From Candidatus Omnitrophota bacterium (GTDB lineage: Bacteria; Omnitrophota; Gorgyraeia; 2-01-FULL-45-10), in assembly GCA_023818895.1 (NCBI GenBank), contig JAMWCX010000002.1:210001-242000 (forward strand): DNA of 32,000 bases, given 5' to 3'. Position numbers and translations under genes: made by a program. Of this stretch, positions 9,105-19,298 are shown one piece after another. A model generated the notes under the pieces. That model searched no databases. It had not been told where the DNA came from and worked only from the letters and a program-made list of their open reading frames with translations. The first letter of the stretch is position 1; the number at the start of each line of letters is the position of its first letter.

Positions 9105-10016
9105 TCATTCTCCTTTTCTCACAAATTGCTTTCCAGGAATCTCCCGTATAAGTTTCTTTAGCTGAAGACCTAGCAGCAGCTTCGAAACCTTCGCGGTATC
9201 GAACCCAGACCTGAAGGTTATCTCGTCTATATGGAGCGGTTCTTCTGATAATATCTTGTATAAAGTGCGTTCATCCTTCGTAAGTGAATTATATATATAG
9301 GCACGGGTCATCTTCTCTATCTTCGAGTCTATTTTCTTCCTGTCCTCGCTCGAAATGGGTTCCATCTCTCGTATCTTTAGTTCTTCAATGATATCCTCTA
9401 CCGACTGCACGAGCCGCGCCCCGTCTTTTATCAGCTCATTTGTGCCCGCGCTGGTCGCGGATGATACCTTTCCCGGCACGGCAAAGACTTCCCTTCCCTG
9501 TTCTGCCGCGAAGTTCGCCGTTATGAGCGCCCCCGAATTGCGAGCCGCCTCAACAACCACGACACCGAGTGACAAGCCGCTTATAATGCGGTTCCGGGCC
9601 GGAAAATTTTCCGGCAGCGGCGGCATATCATCTTCATATTCGGTAATCACTGCGCCGCTTGTGATTATTTGGTCGTATAACCGTCTGTTTTCGGGCGGGT
9701 ATATGACATTATGGCCGCTTCCCATGACCGCGATAGTCCTCCCGTTTGCCTTCAACGCGCCTTTATGAGCCGCCGAATCTATTCCGCGGGCCATTCCGCT
9801 CACCACCGTAACGCCGCGCAACGCCAGCTCAAAGGCAAGCTTCTCGGCCATCTCTAAGCCATACATCGAGGCCCGTCTTGACCCCACGATCGCCACCGCT
9901 ATTTCGTCGCGCTTTTCGAGCGTCCCGTTAACATACAACTCTTTCGGCGGCTTGTGAATGTTCTTCAGGTTTTTCGGATATTCCGGGTCATCTATATTTA
10001 TCTTTCGCGCTGCCAT
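9105..10016 (-). CDS. dprA: DNA processing/protecting protein DprA (Smf)
   Basis: 303 aa with the DprA Rossmann core (VAIVGSRRASMYG, VVSGMARGIDSAAHKGAL, AVMGSGHNVIYPPEN) and a C-terminal winged-helix-like tail. Its stop abuts the topA start. Confidence 0.9.
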   Translation of the reverse strand: MAARKINIDDPEYPKNLKNIHKPPKELYVNGTLEKRDEIAVAIVGSRRASMYGLEMAEKLAFELALRGVTVVSGMARGIDSAAHKGALKANGRTIAVMGSGHNVIYPPENRRLYDQIITSGAVITEYEDDMPPLPENFPARNRIISGLSLGVVVVEAARNSGALITANFAAEQGREVFAVPGKVSSATSAGTNELIKDGARLVQSVEDIIEELKIREMEPISSEDRKKIDSKIEKMTRAYIYNSLTKDERTLYKILSEEPLHIDEITFRSGFDTAKVSKLLLGLQLKKLIREIPGKQFVRKGE

Positions 10017-10060
10017 AACACGTTATTCTCAATTATAAATTATCCTTACCGCATAAACTA

Positions 10061-10621
10061 TCAGGTGAAAAATTCTCTTATCCTACGTCGTGAAAAATAA
10101 ATAATAACGGCACAATTGAAAGAAATGGACAGCATAATCCCGGCCATTATAGTCGAGTCCGCAGAGAACAGCACCGCCTTAAGCGATGCCTCTCTGGACT
10201 CCTCTAGCCGATTTCTTGCAGCCGGATTATTTATATTTCTATGCGACGCCGCAACCTTGGCGAAAGCCGCATCAAACTGACGGATAGCCTCTTCACGACC
10301 GCCTTTTACGGAGCGTTGATAGCTGGCGAGCGTTTCAACCATAACCAGTACTGATATCACAATAATCGCTATTCTTGCCCAATTTTTCATCTTAAAAATA
10401 TTTACCACCACCACTATAGAAAAGGCGGATATGACAAAATAGAAAACGGATATCAACACACCATTAACATTGAGTGATACTGGCATAGCGAGTATATTCA
10501 GTAAAGAACCGATAATTATAAGCCAGCCAAAAACCCTGATTCCTACAGGGTAACTGCTTGCCGCGCCACCACTCCTCTCAAAAGCGTTTTTTTTGGGACC
10601 GACCCTGTTCTTCAGTTTCAT
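10061..10621 (-). CDS. Hypothetical integral membrane protein (about 4 predicted TM helices)
   Basis: 186-aa ORF starting at ATG with AAGGGG upstream. It has long hydrophobic stretches (FGWLIIIGSLLNILAMPV, VLISVFYFVISAFSIVVVV, IAIIVISVLVMV, IMAGIMLSISFNCAVIIYF). I recognise no family. Confidence 0.55.
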   Translation of the reverse strand: MKLKNRVGPKKNAFERSGGAASSYPVGIRVFGWLIIIGSLLNILAMPVSLNVNGVLISVFYFVISAFSIVVVVNIFKMKNWARIAIIVISVLVMVETLASYQRSVKGGREEAIRQFDAAFAKVAASHRNINNPAARNRLEESREASLKAVLFSADSTIMAGIMLSISFNCAVIIYFSRRRIREFFT

Positions 10622-10636
10622 AACACCCCTTTTAAT

Positions 10637-10948
10637 TTACCAGCGCCTGAATATCAAACCAAAAAGCGTCCAGCTTAAAACGATGAACGCCACGGTGGTG
10701 GCAATTGAGTTTAATACTGTTATCTTGGTCTCTATTGCTGCCTTTTCACGACGAAAGACTTCAAGCATATATTCGTCATCGGAATTCTTGAATATGTTTG
10801 TGGACTTGGCCTGCTTAACAAGTATTGCCTTTGCCTTATTCTGTATAGATAATGACTTAGACATCATAGGAAAACCTATCAACGCGTAGTTTATGGCTAT
10901 TACGATAAGAAGCGTTATACCGATCCACAAACGGGCTTTAGCAGTCAT
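10637..10948 (-). CDS. Hypothetical small membrane protein (2 predicted TM helices)
   Basis: 103-aa ORF starting at ATG with a strong GGAGGTGA RBS 5 nt upstream. There is an N-terminal TM (LWIGITLLIVIAINYALIGF) and a C-terminal TM (IATTVAFIVLSWTLFGLIF). I recognise no family. Confidence 0.55.
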   Translation of the reverse strand: MTAKARLWIGITLLIVIAINYALIGFPMMSKSLSIQNKAKAILVKQAKSTNIFKNSDDEYMLEVFRREKAAIETKITVLNSIATTVAFIVLSWTLFGLIFRRW

Positions 10949-10963
10949 ATAATCACCTCCGCA

Positions 10964-11013
10964 TTAAGGCTAAGGTTAAGGCTAAGAGGCCCTTATCCGC
11001 GCCTTAGCCTTAA
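10964..11013 (-). repeat. Tandem 12-nt direct repeat plus a matching inverted arm. This allows two mutually exclusive 11-bp hairpins between the aroK stop and the RBS of the next gene.
   Basis: On the plus strand, ttaaggctaag occurs at 10964-10974 and again at 10976-10986. Its perfect reverse complement cttagccttaa lies at 11003-11013 and overlaps the aroK TAA (11010-11012). The loop for the proximal pairing is 16 nt. No U-tract follows on the minus strand. Confidence 0.6.
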
Positions 11014-11531
11014 CTTTTCTTCGACTTGCTTTCCTCGACTATCCTCACTATCTCTTCCACAACCTGTCTCACCGTCAGTTTCCCCGTATCTATCGTATGA
11101 TCGGCCCTGGCATATAAAGGGGCGCGCTTGGCAAGAAGATCCTTTATTCTGCGCTTCGGATCCTCGCAGTTAAGAAGCGGCCTGTGCTTGTACTTTTTAG
11201 TCCGCTCCATTATGGTCTGTTCGTCGGCGGTAAGGCATATCACTATACCGTTTGATTTCAGGTTAGAAAGGTTCTCGTCCCTTATCACGGCTCCGCCACC
11301 TGTATCGATCACCTGGCCGTCAATGCAACAGATATCCCTTATAACAGAGGATTCAACATCCCTGAAATAATCCTCGCCGCTCGATTTGAATATTTCATTT
11401 ATAGTGCGTCTCTCGCGTCTTTCTATAAGATCGTCGGTGGAAACGTATTTCATCCCCAGGCGGTGGGCAAGTCTCGTGGCGATCGTAGTCTTACCTGTGC
11501 CCATAAACCCGATGAGGACAATATTTTTCAT
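11010..11531 (-). CDS. aroK: Shikimate kinase
   Basis: P-loop IVLIGFMGTGKTTIATRLA, shikimate-binding DTGGG and typical length. The ORF track begins at TTG 11603. I prefer ATG 11531 (MKNIVLIGFMGTGKT), which is the usual distance from the P-loop, though no clear SD precedes it, so the start is uncertain. Confidence 0.85.
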   Translation of the reverse strand: MKNIVLIGFMGTGKTTIATRLAHRLGMKYVSTDDLIERRERRTINEIFKSSGEDYFRDVESSVIRDICCIDGQVIDTGGGAVIRDENLSNLKSNGIVICLTADEQTIMERTKKYKHRPLLNCEDPKRRIKDLLAKRAPLYARADHTIDTGKLTVRQVVEEIVRIVEESKSKKS

Positions 11532-11599
11532 ATTTAAATTTAAACTTAGAGATTCGATTTTGTTTAAAATTTTGATATTATCAGGCGCGTTTACCTTCC

Positions 11600-12724
11600 T
11601 CAAAAGTGCTTTAACTGCTCGATATAGCCGCTATAATTTCTCTTCATCTCGCGCAAACTGTCGGCGCCGAACTTCTCCACCATCGCGTTCGCTATCTCTA
11701 TCGCGCAGACGGCCTCGCCTATGACACCGGCGGCAGGCACGGCGCACACATCCGAACGCTCTACTGAGGCCTTTACGGCCTTCTTGGTCTTTATATTCAC
11801 GCTTGAAAGCGGAGACCTGAGCGTCGATATAGGTTTCATCGCCGCTTTTATCACGATATCCTCGCCGTTAGTAACCCCACCTTCGATGCCTCCGGCATTA
11901 TTAGTAGACCTGTAAAAACCCCTCTTTTTGTCGTAAAATATCTCGTCGTGGACCATTGAACCGCGCCTGCGGGCCGCATCGAATCCGATGCCGAAGCTCA
12001 CACCTTTTACTGCCTGTATCGATACAAGGGCAAATGCGAGACGGCCGTCCAAGCGCCTGTCCCATTGTGCGTAGCTTCCTAAGCCCGGCGGCACACCCTT
12101 TATAATGACTTCGAACACACCTCCTAGAGTATCTTTACCCTTCATCGCCTCTTCTATCTCGGCACACATTAACTTTGAGGCATCAGGATCAGCACAACGA
12201 ACAGGTGACTTCTCGGCAATAGTCACTATCTGGTTAAAGCCCAACTCGCCCGTGGAGGCCTCGACAGAGCCTATCATCGTGACATGGCTTGCGATCTTTA
12301 TCCCGAATTCGGAAAGAAGCCTTTTACAAACAGCGCCTACGCAGACTCTGGCGACCGTCTCGCGGGCGCTGGCGCGCTCGAGAACGCTTCTTATATCTTT
12401 TAGATCGTATTTGAGCACGCCGGCAAGGTCCGCGTGCCCGGGTCTTGGCTCAAGCACCGCAGGAAGCGTATCTATCGAGTGGTCAACGTTCCTGACCACC
12501 ATGGCGATAGGGCTTCCGATGGTAACTGACCGCCTAATACCTGAGAATATTTCGACCCTGTCAGATTCTATTCCCATGCGCTTGCCGCGGCCGTATCCCA
12601 ACATCCGCCTCGAAAGCTCCGCGTTTATCATCTCCTCATCCACACTAAGACCAGCCGGCACACCGTCTAATATAGCCAGCATTGCCTTGCCGTGAGACTC
12701 ACCGCTTGTAAGATATCTGATCAT
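11600..12724 (-). CDS. aroC: Chorismate synthase
   Basis: 374 aa with N-terminus MIRYLTSGESHGKAMLAILDGVPAGL and conserved GRSSARETA-like (ERASARETVARV) and GGIxGG (AGGIEGGVTNG) regions. AAGGAGA RBS lies 6 nt upstream of ATG 12724. Confidence 0.95.
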   Translation of the reverse strand: MIRYLTSGESHGKAMLAILDGVPAGLSVDEEMINAELSRRMLGYGRGKRMGIESDRVEIFSGIRRSVTIGSPIAMVVRNVDHSIDTLPAVLEPRPGHADLAGVLKYDLKDIRSVLERASARETVARVCVGAVCKRLLSEFGIKIASHVTMIGSVEASTGELGFNQIVTIAEKSPVRCADPDASKLMCAEIEEAMKGKDTLGGVFEVIIKGVPPGLGSYAQWDRRLDGRLAFALVSIQAVKGVSFGIGFDAARRRGSMVHDEIFYDKKRGFYRSTNNAGGIEGGVTNGEDIVIKAAMKPISTLRSPLSSVNIKTKKAVKASVERSDVCAVPAAGVIGEAVCAIEIANAMVEKFGADSLREMKRNYSGYIEQLKHF

Positions 12725-12755
12725 AAAAGTCTCCTTCTTTGGGGGCCTTTCCGGT

Positions 12756-13532
12756 TCACCATAATCCGCAGGCTAATGTCCTCAATATGGATTCTCCGAA
12801 GAATATCGATATCACCGCCGCAAGGGCAAGGTGGGGGCCATATGGTACGGCATCCACTCCCTTTATCCATTTTTTCACACTGCCTACTATTGCGCCGCTA
12901 ATCGGCGCGATAAAAAATGTAAGCACCGTAAGTTTCCAGCCGATCGCCGCCCCTATCATAGCCATAAGCTTAATGTCACCGCCACCCATCGCTTCTTTCT
13001 TGAATATTAAGCTTCCGATAAGTCCCATAGAATATATCAAAGCGCCACCAGTAATAAGACCTGCGACGGATTGATAAAACGCCATCCCTTTTATAGGAGT
13101 ATCGTGGATCTCCGGAAATAAGAAGGAAAAGATGACGGCTATGACCATCCCGCCGAGCGTAATCTCATCCGGTATTTCCTGTATCTCCAAATCTATAAAG
13201 GAGACCACTATCAGCGCCGACACTAACGCTGAATATATTATGAACTTAGGTCCCATTCCCAAAAATAGGAAAAGACCAAGGATGAGAAAAGCCGTAAGAA
13301 GCTCTATTAATATATAACGCGGCCGTATCCTCTTATGACAAAAACTACACCTTCCTCCAAGTATTATGTAACTCAATATCGGTATATTATCATACCAATG
13401 AATATTCTTTTTACAATGCGGACAATGAGACGGCGGAAATACGACCGATTGCCTTTTGGGGATCCTGTATATACAAACGTTGAGGAAACTTCCTATGATC
13501 GATCCTACAACAAAAACAAAAAATCTGTCCAT
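12756..13532 (-). CDS. pilD: Prepilin peptidase / N-methyltransferase (A24 family, PilD-like)
   Basis: 258-aa polytopic membrane protein with the N-terminal Cys4 region CPHCKKNIHWYDNIPILSYIILGGRCSFCHKRI and the A24 aspartate motifs (FIDLE..., GGGDIKLMA). Confidence 0.88.
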   Translation of the reverse strand: MDRFFVFVVGSIIGSFLNVCIYRIPKRQSVVFPPSHCPHCKKNIHWYDNIPILSYIILGGRCSFCHKRIRPRYILIELLTAFLILGLFLFLGMGPKFIIYSALVSALIVVSFIDLEIQEIPDEITLGGMVIAVIFSFLFPEIHDTPIKGMAFYQSVAGLITGGALIYSMGLIGSLIFKKEAMGGGDIKLMAMIGAAIGWKLTVLTFFIAPISGAIVGSVKKWIKGVDAVPYGPHLALAAVISIFFGESILRTLACGLW

Positions 13533-13548
13533 CCTTTCACCTATCTTT

Positions 13549-14409
13549 TTACCGCCTCGTCTTAAGCGCTTCTTTGAGCGCTTTTCTCATTACCGCCACA
13601 GGCGCTTTTTTGCCGGTCCATATCTCAAAAGCGATAGCGCCTTGATACAACAGCATCCCAATGCCTGTTACAGCACGCAGTTTACTTGAATTGGCATCTC
13701 TGACGAGCCTCGTGACAGGTCTGTTGTAAACAAGATCATACACACGAAGGCCGTCGTGAAAAAGTTCCTTGCTAACAGGCGACGGATCGTTCTCCTTCAT
13801 GCCTATCGGTGTAGCATTTATTAGAAGATCGCTCTTTTCAATAGCAGGCCCTACCCTATCCTCTTCCGTGATAAGATCCAATTTGTTGGGATCGAAATAT
13901 TTTCTGTAATGCTCAGCGAGAGTTTTCGCCTTTTCTCTGTCTATGTCGAAAATAGAAATCTTCGCCGGCCCATTGCCAAGGTACATCACTATCGCCTTAG
14001 CTGCTCCGCCGGCACCGAAGACAAATATGTTCCTGCCTTCGGGCTCAAATCCAAGATCCTCGACGAGCGAGCGGTAAAAACCGGCGCCGTCCGTGTTGAA
14101 ACCGCGCAGGCTGCCGTCCTCAAGGACCTTTATGGTATTGACCGCACCGAGCCTTGCGGCGTTATCATCAAGGGACCCTCTTAGCTCCAGGTATTCTTTG
14201 GTCCTTATCTTGTGCGGAATGGTTACATTCAGTCCCGATATCCTTTTGACAGGCAAGTCATCAAGAAAGTCATTGAGCTCCTCTGGTCTGACGTCGTATA
14301 AAAAGTAATCGGCGTCAATGCCCAGTTCTTTGAAAGCCGCATTATGCATCACAGGCGAAAGCGAATGCTTCACAGGGTGACCTATTATTCCATATATTAG
14401 TTTGGCCAT
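13549..14409 (-). CDS. aroE: Shikimate 5-dehydrogenase
   Basis: 286 aa with N-terminal GIIGHPVKHSLSPVMHNAAF, a central NVTIPHK and NTDG, and the NAD(P) fold VFGAGGAAKA. Confidence 0.93.
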   Translation of the reverse strand: MAKLIYGIIGHPVKHSLSPVMHNAAFKELGIDADYFLYDVRPEELNDFLDDLPVKRISGLNVTIPHKIRTKEYLELRGSLDDNAARLGAVNTIKVLEDGSLRGFNTDGAGFYRSLVEDLGFEPEGRNIFVFGAGGAAKAIVMYLGNGPAKISIFDIDREKAKTLAEHYRKYFDPNKLDLITEEDRVGPAIEKSDLLINATPIGMKENDPSPVSKELFHDGLRVYDLVYNRPVTRLVRDANSSKLRAVTGIGMLLYQGAIAFEIWTGKKAPVAVMRKALKEALKTRR

Positions 14410-14496
14410 AGGGGTAACTAAATGTCCGTTGAATCTTCCTTGCGACCCAACGGACCGGTCAAATTCTCGCGAAGAAAACTCTACAAGCTACACATT

Positions 14497-16008
14497 CTAT
14501 TTTTCCGCCAGAGCACGCTTGTTCATGGCGTTGACATAAGCCTTTATACTGGCTTCTATAATGTCCGTGCTCGCGCCGCGACCAGAGAAGATCTTGCCCT
14601 TGGATTCCACCTTTACTGTCACTTCACCTAAAGCATCCTTGCCGCCTGTTACCGATCGTATTTTGTAATCCAGAAGTTTTCCCGTCAAGGCCGTTATCTT
14701 ATCAATCGCTTTATAACACGCATCAACAGGCCCATCACCAGTGGAGCTCGCCTCGCTTATCTTACCGTTATATTTAAGCGTAACTGTTGCTGTCGGCTTA
14801 ACTTGGTCACCGGAAGCTATGTGAAAATGTACCAGGCATATCTTCTCTGGCATTTTACTGATTTCTTCATCAACTATCGTCTCGAGGTCTTCGTCGAATA
14901 TCTCCTTCTTTTTATCCGCCAGTTCCTTAAAGCGCTCAAAAGCCCTGTCCAGATCCGCCTTGTTCAGGTCAAGACCCATGGACTTCAACCGGGCATCGAA
15001 CGCATGTCTGCCGGAATGCTTTCCGAGAACTATTTTGGATTCCTCGAAACCGACATCTTCAGGACGCATTATTTCGTAAGTTATCCTCTCCTTAAGCACG
15101 CCATCCTGGTGTATGCCGGACTCATGCGCGAAAGCGTTAGCGCCAATTATGGCCTTGTTCGGCTGCACTGGCATGCCTGTAAGCTTGGAGACAAGCCTTG
15201 ATGTCTTGTACAGCTCCTTTGTGTTAATATCTGTGTATAGGCCTTTAAAGATATCGTTTCTTGTCCTTATGGCCATAACTATCTCTTCGAGCGAGGCGTT
15301 GCCGGCCCTCTCCCCAAGCCCGTTTATCGTGCATTCAACCTGCCTAGCGCCACTCAATACCGCGGCAAGAGAATTCGCCACACCAAGACCCAAGTCATTA
15401 TGACAATGGACGCTTATGACGCATTTTTGTATATTTGGAACGTTATATTTGAGGCTTCCGATAATATCCGCGAACTCGAACGGCGTCGAGTAACCGACGG
15501 TATCGGGTATATTAACCGTAGCCGCGCCAGCATCTATCACTGCCTCAACTACCCTCTGCAGGAATGAAAGCTCTGTCCTGGAAGCATCTTCAGGCGAAAA
15601 CTCTATATCGGGGCATTTTGCGCGAGCGTATTTTACCGCCGCTACGGCAAGCTTCAGTATCTCATCCTCCGCTTTCTTTAATTTATACTTCATGTGTATC
15701 TTGGAGGTGGCAAGAAAAACGTGTATCCTTGGCCTGTTTGAGAATCTTACCGCATCGTAGGCCGCGTCTATGTCTTTCTCCACGGAACGCGCTAGACCGC
15801 AGATGACCGGCCCCTTTACATTCTTGGCGACGGTCTTCACAGCTTCAAAGTCACCCGGGCTAGATACGGGAAATCCGGCCTCGATTATGTCGACGCCCAG
15901 CACCGCCAACTGTTTCGCAATCTCAAGTTTTTCTTTTATATTCAGACTTGCGCCCGGACATTGTTCGCCGTCCCGCAGCGTCGTGTCAAATATTATGATT
16001 TTTTCCAT
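14497..16008 (-). CDS. leuA: 2-isopropylmalate synthase (a citramalate synthase activity cannot be excluded from sequence alone)
   Basis: [35 protein letters not shown] and a C-terminal LeuA-dimer/regulatory region. The ORF track starts at GTG 16023. I set the start at ATG 16008 ([10 protein letters not shown]), which has AAGGA 6 nt upstream. Confidence 0.88.
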   Translation of the reverse strand: MEKIIIFDTTLRDGEQCPGASLNIKEKLEIAKQLAVLGVDIIEAGFPVSSPGDFEAVKTVAKNVKGPVICGLARSVEKDIDAAYDAVRFSNRPRIHVFLATSKIHMKYKLKKAEDEILKLAVAAVKYARAKCPDIEFSPEDASRTELSFLQRVVEAVIDAGAATVNIPDTVGYSTPFEFADIIGSLKYNVPNIQKCVISVHCHNDLGLGVANSLAAVLSGARQVECTINGLGERAGNASLEEIVMAIRTRNDIFKGLYTDINTKELYKTSRLVSKLTGMPVQPNKAIIGANAFAHESGIHQDGVLKERITYEIMRPEDVGFEESKIVLGKHSGRHAFDARLKSMGLDLNKADLDRAFERFKELADKKKEIFDEDLETIVDEEISKMPEKICLVHFHIASGDQVKPTATVTLKYNGKISEASSTGDGPVDACYKAIDKITALTGKLLDYKIRSVTGGKDALGEVTVKVESKGKIFSGRGASTDIIEASIKAYVNAMNKRALAEK

Positions 16009-16030
16009 TTCTATCCTTACCAAGCCATTA

Positions 16031-17020
16031 TTACTTCATCCAGGGCATCATCTTACGCAACTGCTGTCCAACCTTCTCTATCGGATGCTCATCTCCTTCT
16101 TTAAGCAGCCTGTTAAAATTGGGCCTGCCCGCCTCGTTCTCCTTGATCCATTCCCGCGCGAACTTGCCGGAGACTATCTCTTTGAGTATCTTCTGCATCT
16201 CTTTGCGGGTCCTATCAGTAATTATGCGCTTGCCACGGGTAATGTCGCCGTAACATGCCGTATTCGAAACGCCGCGCCTCATACCACTGATACCACGCTC
16301 CTGGATAAGATCTGTTATTAGCTTGAGCTCGTGCAGGACCTCAAAATACGCTATTTCGGGCTGGTAGCCGGCAGCCACAAGGGTATCGAAACCCGCCATT
16401 ATGAGCTCGCTTGTACCGCCGCAAAGCACCGCCTGCTCACCGAAAAGGTCCGTTTCCGTCTCTTCCGGGAATGTCGTTTCTATTACGCCTGCTCTGGTGC
16501 CACCTATGGCCTTCGCGTAGGCGAGCGCTATCTGCTTGGCGTTGCCTGTGGCGTCCTGGTGCACCGCCACAAGGCACGGAACGCCCTTACCCTCTTCATA
16601 CATCTTGCGCACGAGCGCGCCCGGTCCCTTCGGGGCCACCATGATAACATCTATCTTCTTTGACGGCTTTATCTGCTTGAAGCGTATATTGAACCCGTGA
16701 GAAAAAAGCAGGGCCTTGCCCTTAGTCATGTTTTTCGCTATCGACTCGTTATAGACCTTGGCCTGGACGTGGTCCTGGGTCAGTATCTGAACTATATCCG
16801 CCTGCCTGGACGCCTCGTCCGCAGAGACCGGATTAAACCCGTCCTTCTTGGCCTGTTCGTAATTAGGAGTGCTGGGAAGCTCGCTAACTATGACATCGAC
16901 ACCTGAATCCCTCAGGTTAAGGCTTTGGCCGCGGCCCTGTATGCCGTATCCGATCACCGCCACTTTCTTACCTTTAAGAAGATTCAGGTCCGCGTCTTTG
17001 TCGTAATAGATTTTTGCCAT
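16031..17020 (-). CDS. ilvC: Ketol-acid reductoisomerase (class I)
   Basis: [40 protein letters not shown] is the canonical KARI N-terminus. ATG 17020 is preceded by AAGGAGGAAAA. The ORF-track start at 17068 adds 16 non-homologous residues. Confidence 0.95.
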   Translation of the reverse strand: MAKIYYDKDADLNLLKGKKVAVIGYGIQGRGQSLNLRDSGVDVIVSELPSTPNYEQAKKDGFNPVSADEASRQADIVQILTQDHVQAKVYNESIAKNMTKGKALLFSHGFNIRFKQIKPSKKIDVIMVAPKGPGALVRKMYEEGKGVPCLVAVHQDATGNAKQIALAYAKAIGGTRAGVIETTFPEETETDLFGEQAVLCGGTSELIMAGFDTLVAAGYQPEIAYFEVLHELKLITDLIQERGISGMRRGVSNTACYGDITRGKRIITDRTRKEMQKILKEIVSGKFAREWIKENEAGRPNFNRLLKEGDEHPIEKVGQQLRKMMPWMK

Positions 17021-17109
17021 TTTTCCTCCTTGGTTGGTTTTCAATAATAAAGCGCAAAGAGTAATCAAATACTAGAATCGCTACTCACTCTTTATTAATT
17101 AAAGCCGGT

Positions 17110-17625
17110 TTACTCGTTAACCTCAGGTTTGCCTTCCGGTTTGAAGCCTTTGTCGCTCTTGTCCATCGCGACCCTTCCGGTCCTCACCACCTCGATGATA
17201 CCGAACGGCCGCAAAAGCTCCAGAAGCGTCCTCACCTTGGTCTGGTCGCCGGTGGCCTCGACGCAAAGAGACTTCGCGCCGGCATTCTCTATCCTAGCGC
17301 CGCACGATTCTATGGTCTCGAGTATCTGCGGCCGAGTCTTCGGTGTAACAGCGACCTTGATCAGGATGAGCTCCCTGTCAAGAAAATCACCCTCTTTGAA
17401 ATCGACAACTTTTATAACATCTATCAGCTTATTGAGCTGTTTTTTTATCTGCTCAAGCGTTTTGTCGTCACCTTCCGAGACTATAGTCATACGCGAGACG
17501 GTCGGATCCTCGGTCTCGCCGACCGCAAGCGAACTGATATTGAACCCACGCGCGCTGAAAAGCCCCGCTATGCGGGCAAGCACTCCGAATTTATTCTCGA
17601 CAAGCACTGATATGGTGTGTTTCAT
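17110..17625 (-). CDS. ilvN: Acetolactate synthase small (regulatory) subunit
   Basis: The ACT-domain N-terminus [36 protein letters not shown] begins at ATG 17625 and overlaps the ilvB TGA as ATGA. The 87-codon N-terminal extension in the ORF track (start 17886) lies inside ilvB in another frame and is Arg/Gly-rich nonsense. Confidence 0.93.
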   Translation of the reverse strand: MKHTISVLVENKFGVLARIAGLFSARGFNISSLAVGETEDPTVSRMTIVSEGDDKTLEQIKKQLNKLIDVIKVVDFKEGDFLDRELILIKVAVTPKTRPQILETIESCGARIENAGAKSLCVEATGDQTKVRTLLELLRPFGIIEVVRTGRVAMDKSDKGFKPEGKPEVNE

Positions 17626-19298
17626 GCCAGGTCCCCTTCGAGCATCTTGTTGATCGCCTCGCCTGCCGGCACCATAGGAAAGACGTTTTCTTCTTTCTCC
17701 ACATGGAAATCCATAAAGACGATATTGTTGATCGAAAGCGCCTTGTCGATAGCAGGCCTTACTTCTTCCTTTTTGGTGATACGCATGCCGACAGCGCCGT
17801 AACTTTCCGCAAGTTTCACGAAATCGGGCTGGGCACCCTCCATGCATACCTGTGAATATCGCCGTTTGTAGAATAGCTCCTGCCACTGCCTCACCATGCC
17901 AAGATAGCAGTTATTAAGTATCGCTACTTTAACGGGAAGCTTATTTGTAACCGCCGTGGCAAGCTCCTGTATGTTCATTTGGATAGAACCATCGCCGGCT
18001 ATATCAAATACGGGGGTGCCGGGCCTGCCGAGCTGCGCGCCGATCGCCGCAGGAAAACCATAGCCCATTGTTCCGAGACCGCCTGAAGAGATAATGGTGC
18101 GCGGTTTGGTGAACTTGTAGAACTGCGCTGCCCACATCTGATTCTGGCCAACTTCCGTGCATATGATGGCATCTCCCTTGGTGGCTTCCCATATCTGCTC
18201 GACGACATACTGAGGCCTAAGCTTGCTATCGTTTTTGTACTTCAAGGGATACAACTTTTTCCACTCCGCTATCTGCTTAAGCCAAGCGCTGGTATCCGGC
18301 TTTTTGACATATTCAATAAGATTTTTCAACACCTTTTTGGCATCACCCACTATCGGAATATCCACGTCGACAGTCTTCGAAACGCTGGCCGGATCAATAT
18401 CGATGTGGATTATCTTGGCGTGCGGCGCAAATGCGTCAACCTTTCCTGTGACTCTGTCATCGAATCTGGCTCCCACAGCGATAATCAGATCGGATTCCAT
18501 AATGGCATGGTTTGCGTATGCGGTACCATGCATTCCAAGCATCCCAAGCGAAAGCTCGTGCGTCATGGGGAAAGAACCTAGCCCAAGAAGCGTCATTGTG
18601 ACAGGGATGCTATTTTTGGTCGCAAGTTCTATAACTTCAGAAGAAGCCCCTGATATTATCACCCCACCGCCCACGTATAGTATTGGCCGCTTTGATTCCG
18701 ATATCGCCTTGGCGGCCCTTTTTATCTGGCCAACATGCCCCTCATAAGTTGGGTTATAACCACGTATCTCGACCTTTTCAGGATAGCGAAACTCCGTCTC
18801 CTGCTGCTGCACATCGACAGGAAGATCTATGAGGACCGGCCCGGGCCTTCCCGTTGAAGCTATGTGAAACGCCTCTTTGATCGTACGCGCAAGGTCTCTT
18901 ACATCCTCGACAAGGTAATTATGCTTTGTGATCGGTCTCGTTATGCCTGTTATATCCGCCTCCTGGAACGCATCATTACCTATTAGAAATGTCTTTACCT
19001 GGCCGGTGAAGGCAACGATTGGCACCGAATCCATGTACGCGGTCGCAAGGCCGGTTACTAGATTAGTAGCCCCCGGTCCCGAGGTAGCAAGACATACACC
19101 CACCTTGCCTGTCGCCCTGGCATAACCATCGGCGGCGTGCGCTGCTCCCTGCTCATGGCGTGTCAATATAAACCTTATCGGGGCGTCGTAAAGCTTGTCG
19201 AATATTGGCAATACCACACCGCCCGGATAGCCGAACATTATCTCGACTTTCTCTTTTTTAAGACATTCGATAAATATCTGAGCGCCTGTCAGTTTCAT
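17622..19298 (-). CDS. ilvB: Acetolactate synthase large (catalytic) subunit, ThDP-dependent
   Basis: 558 aa with N-terminus [27 protein letters not shown] and the ThDP motif [15 protein letters not shown]...[14 protein letters not shown]. There is an ATGA overlap with the ilvD stop. Confidence 0.95.
   Translation of the reverse strand: MKLTGAQIFIECLKKEKVEIMFGYPGGVVLPIFDKLYDAPIRFILTRHEQGAAHAADGYARATGKVGVCLATSGPGATNLVTGLATAYMDSVPIVAFTGQVKTFLIGNDAFQEADITGITRPITKHNYLVEDVRDLARTIKEAFHIASTGRPGPVLIDLPVDVQQQETEFRYPEKVEIRGYNPTYEGHVGQIKRAAKAISESKRPILYVGGGVIISGASSEVIELATKNSIPVTMTLLGLGSFPMTHELSLGMLGMHGTAYANHAIMESDLIIAVGARFDDRVTGKVDAFAPHAKIIHIDIDPASVSKTVDVDIPIVGDAKKVLKNLIEYVKKPDTSAWLKQIAEWKKLYPLKYKNDSKLRPQYVVEQIWEATKGDAIICTEVGQNQMWAAQFYKFTKPRTIISSGGLGTMGYGFPAAIGAQLGRPGTPVFDIAGDGSIQMNIQELATAVTNKLPVKVAILNNCYLGMVRQWQELFYKRRYSQVCMEGAQPDFVKLAESYGAVGMRITKKEEVRPAIDKALSINNIVFMDFHVEKEENVFPMVPAGEAINKMLEGDLA

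Noticed and set aside
10964-10986. The tandem 12-nt repeat as a mini CRISPR or VNTR locus.
   Set aside because: There are only two copies with no spacers. It is better explained as part of a hairpin-forming element.
14424-14455. An 8-bp hairpin (GUCCGUUG/CAACGGAC, 16-nt loop) between leuA and aroE as a terminator.
   Set aside because: The stem is short, the loop is large, and only AUUU follows. This is insufficient for an intrinsic terminator call, so it is not listed as a feature.
17626-17886. An 87-codon N-terminal extension of the acetolactate synthase small subunit ORF (258 aa in the track).
   Set aside because: It lies wholly inside ilvB in another frame and is Arg/Gly/Cys-rich with no homology pattern. 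The ACT domain begins at the ATGA-coupled ATG 17625.
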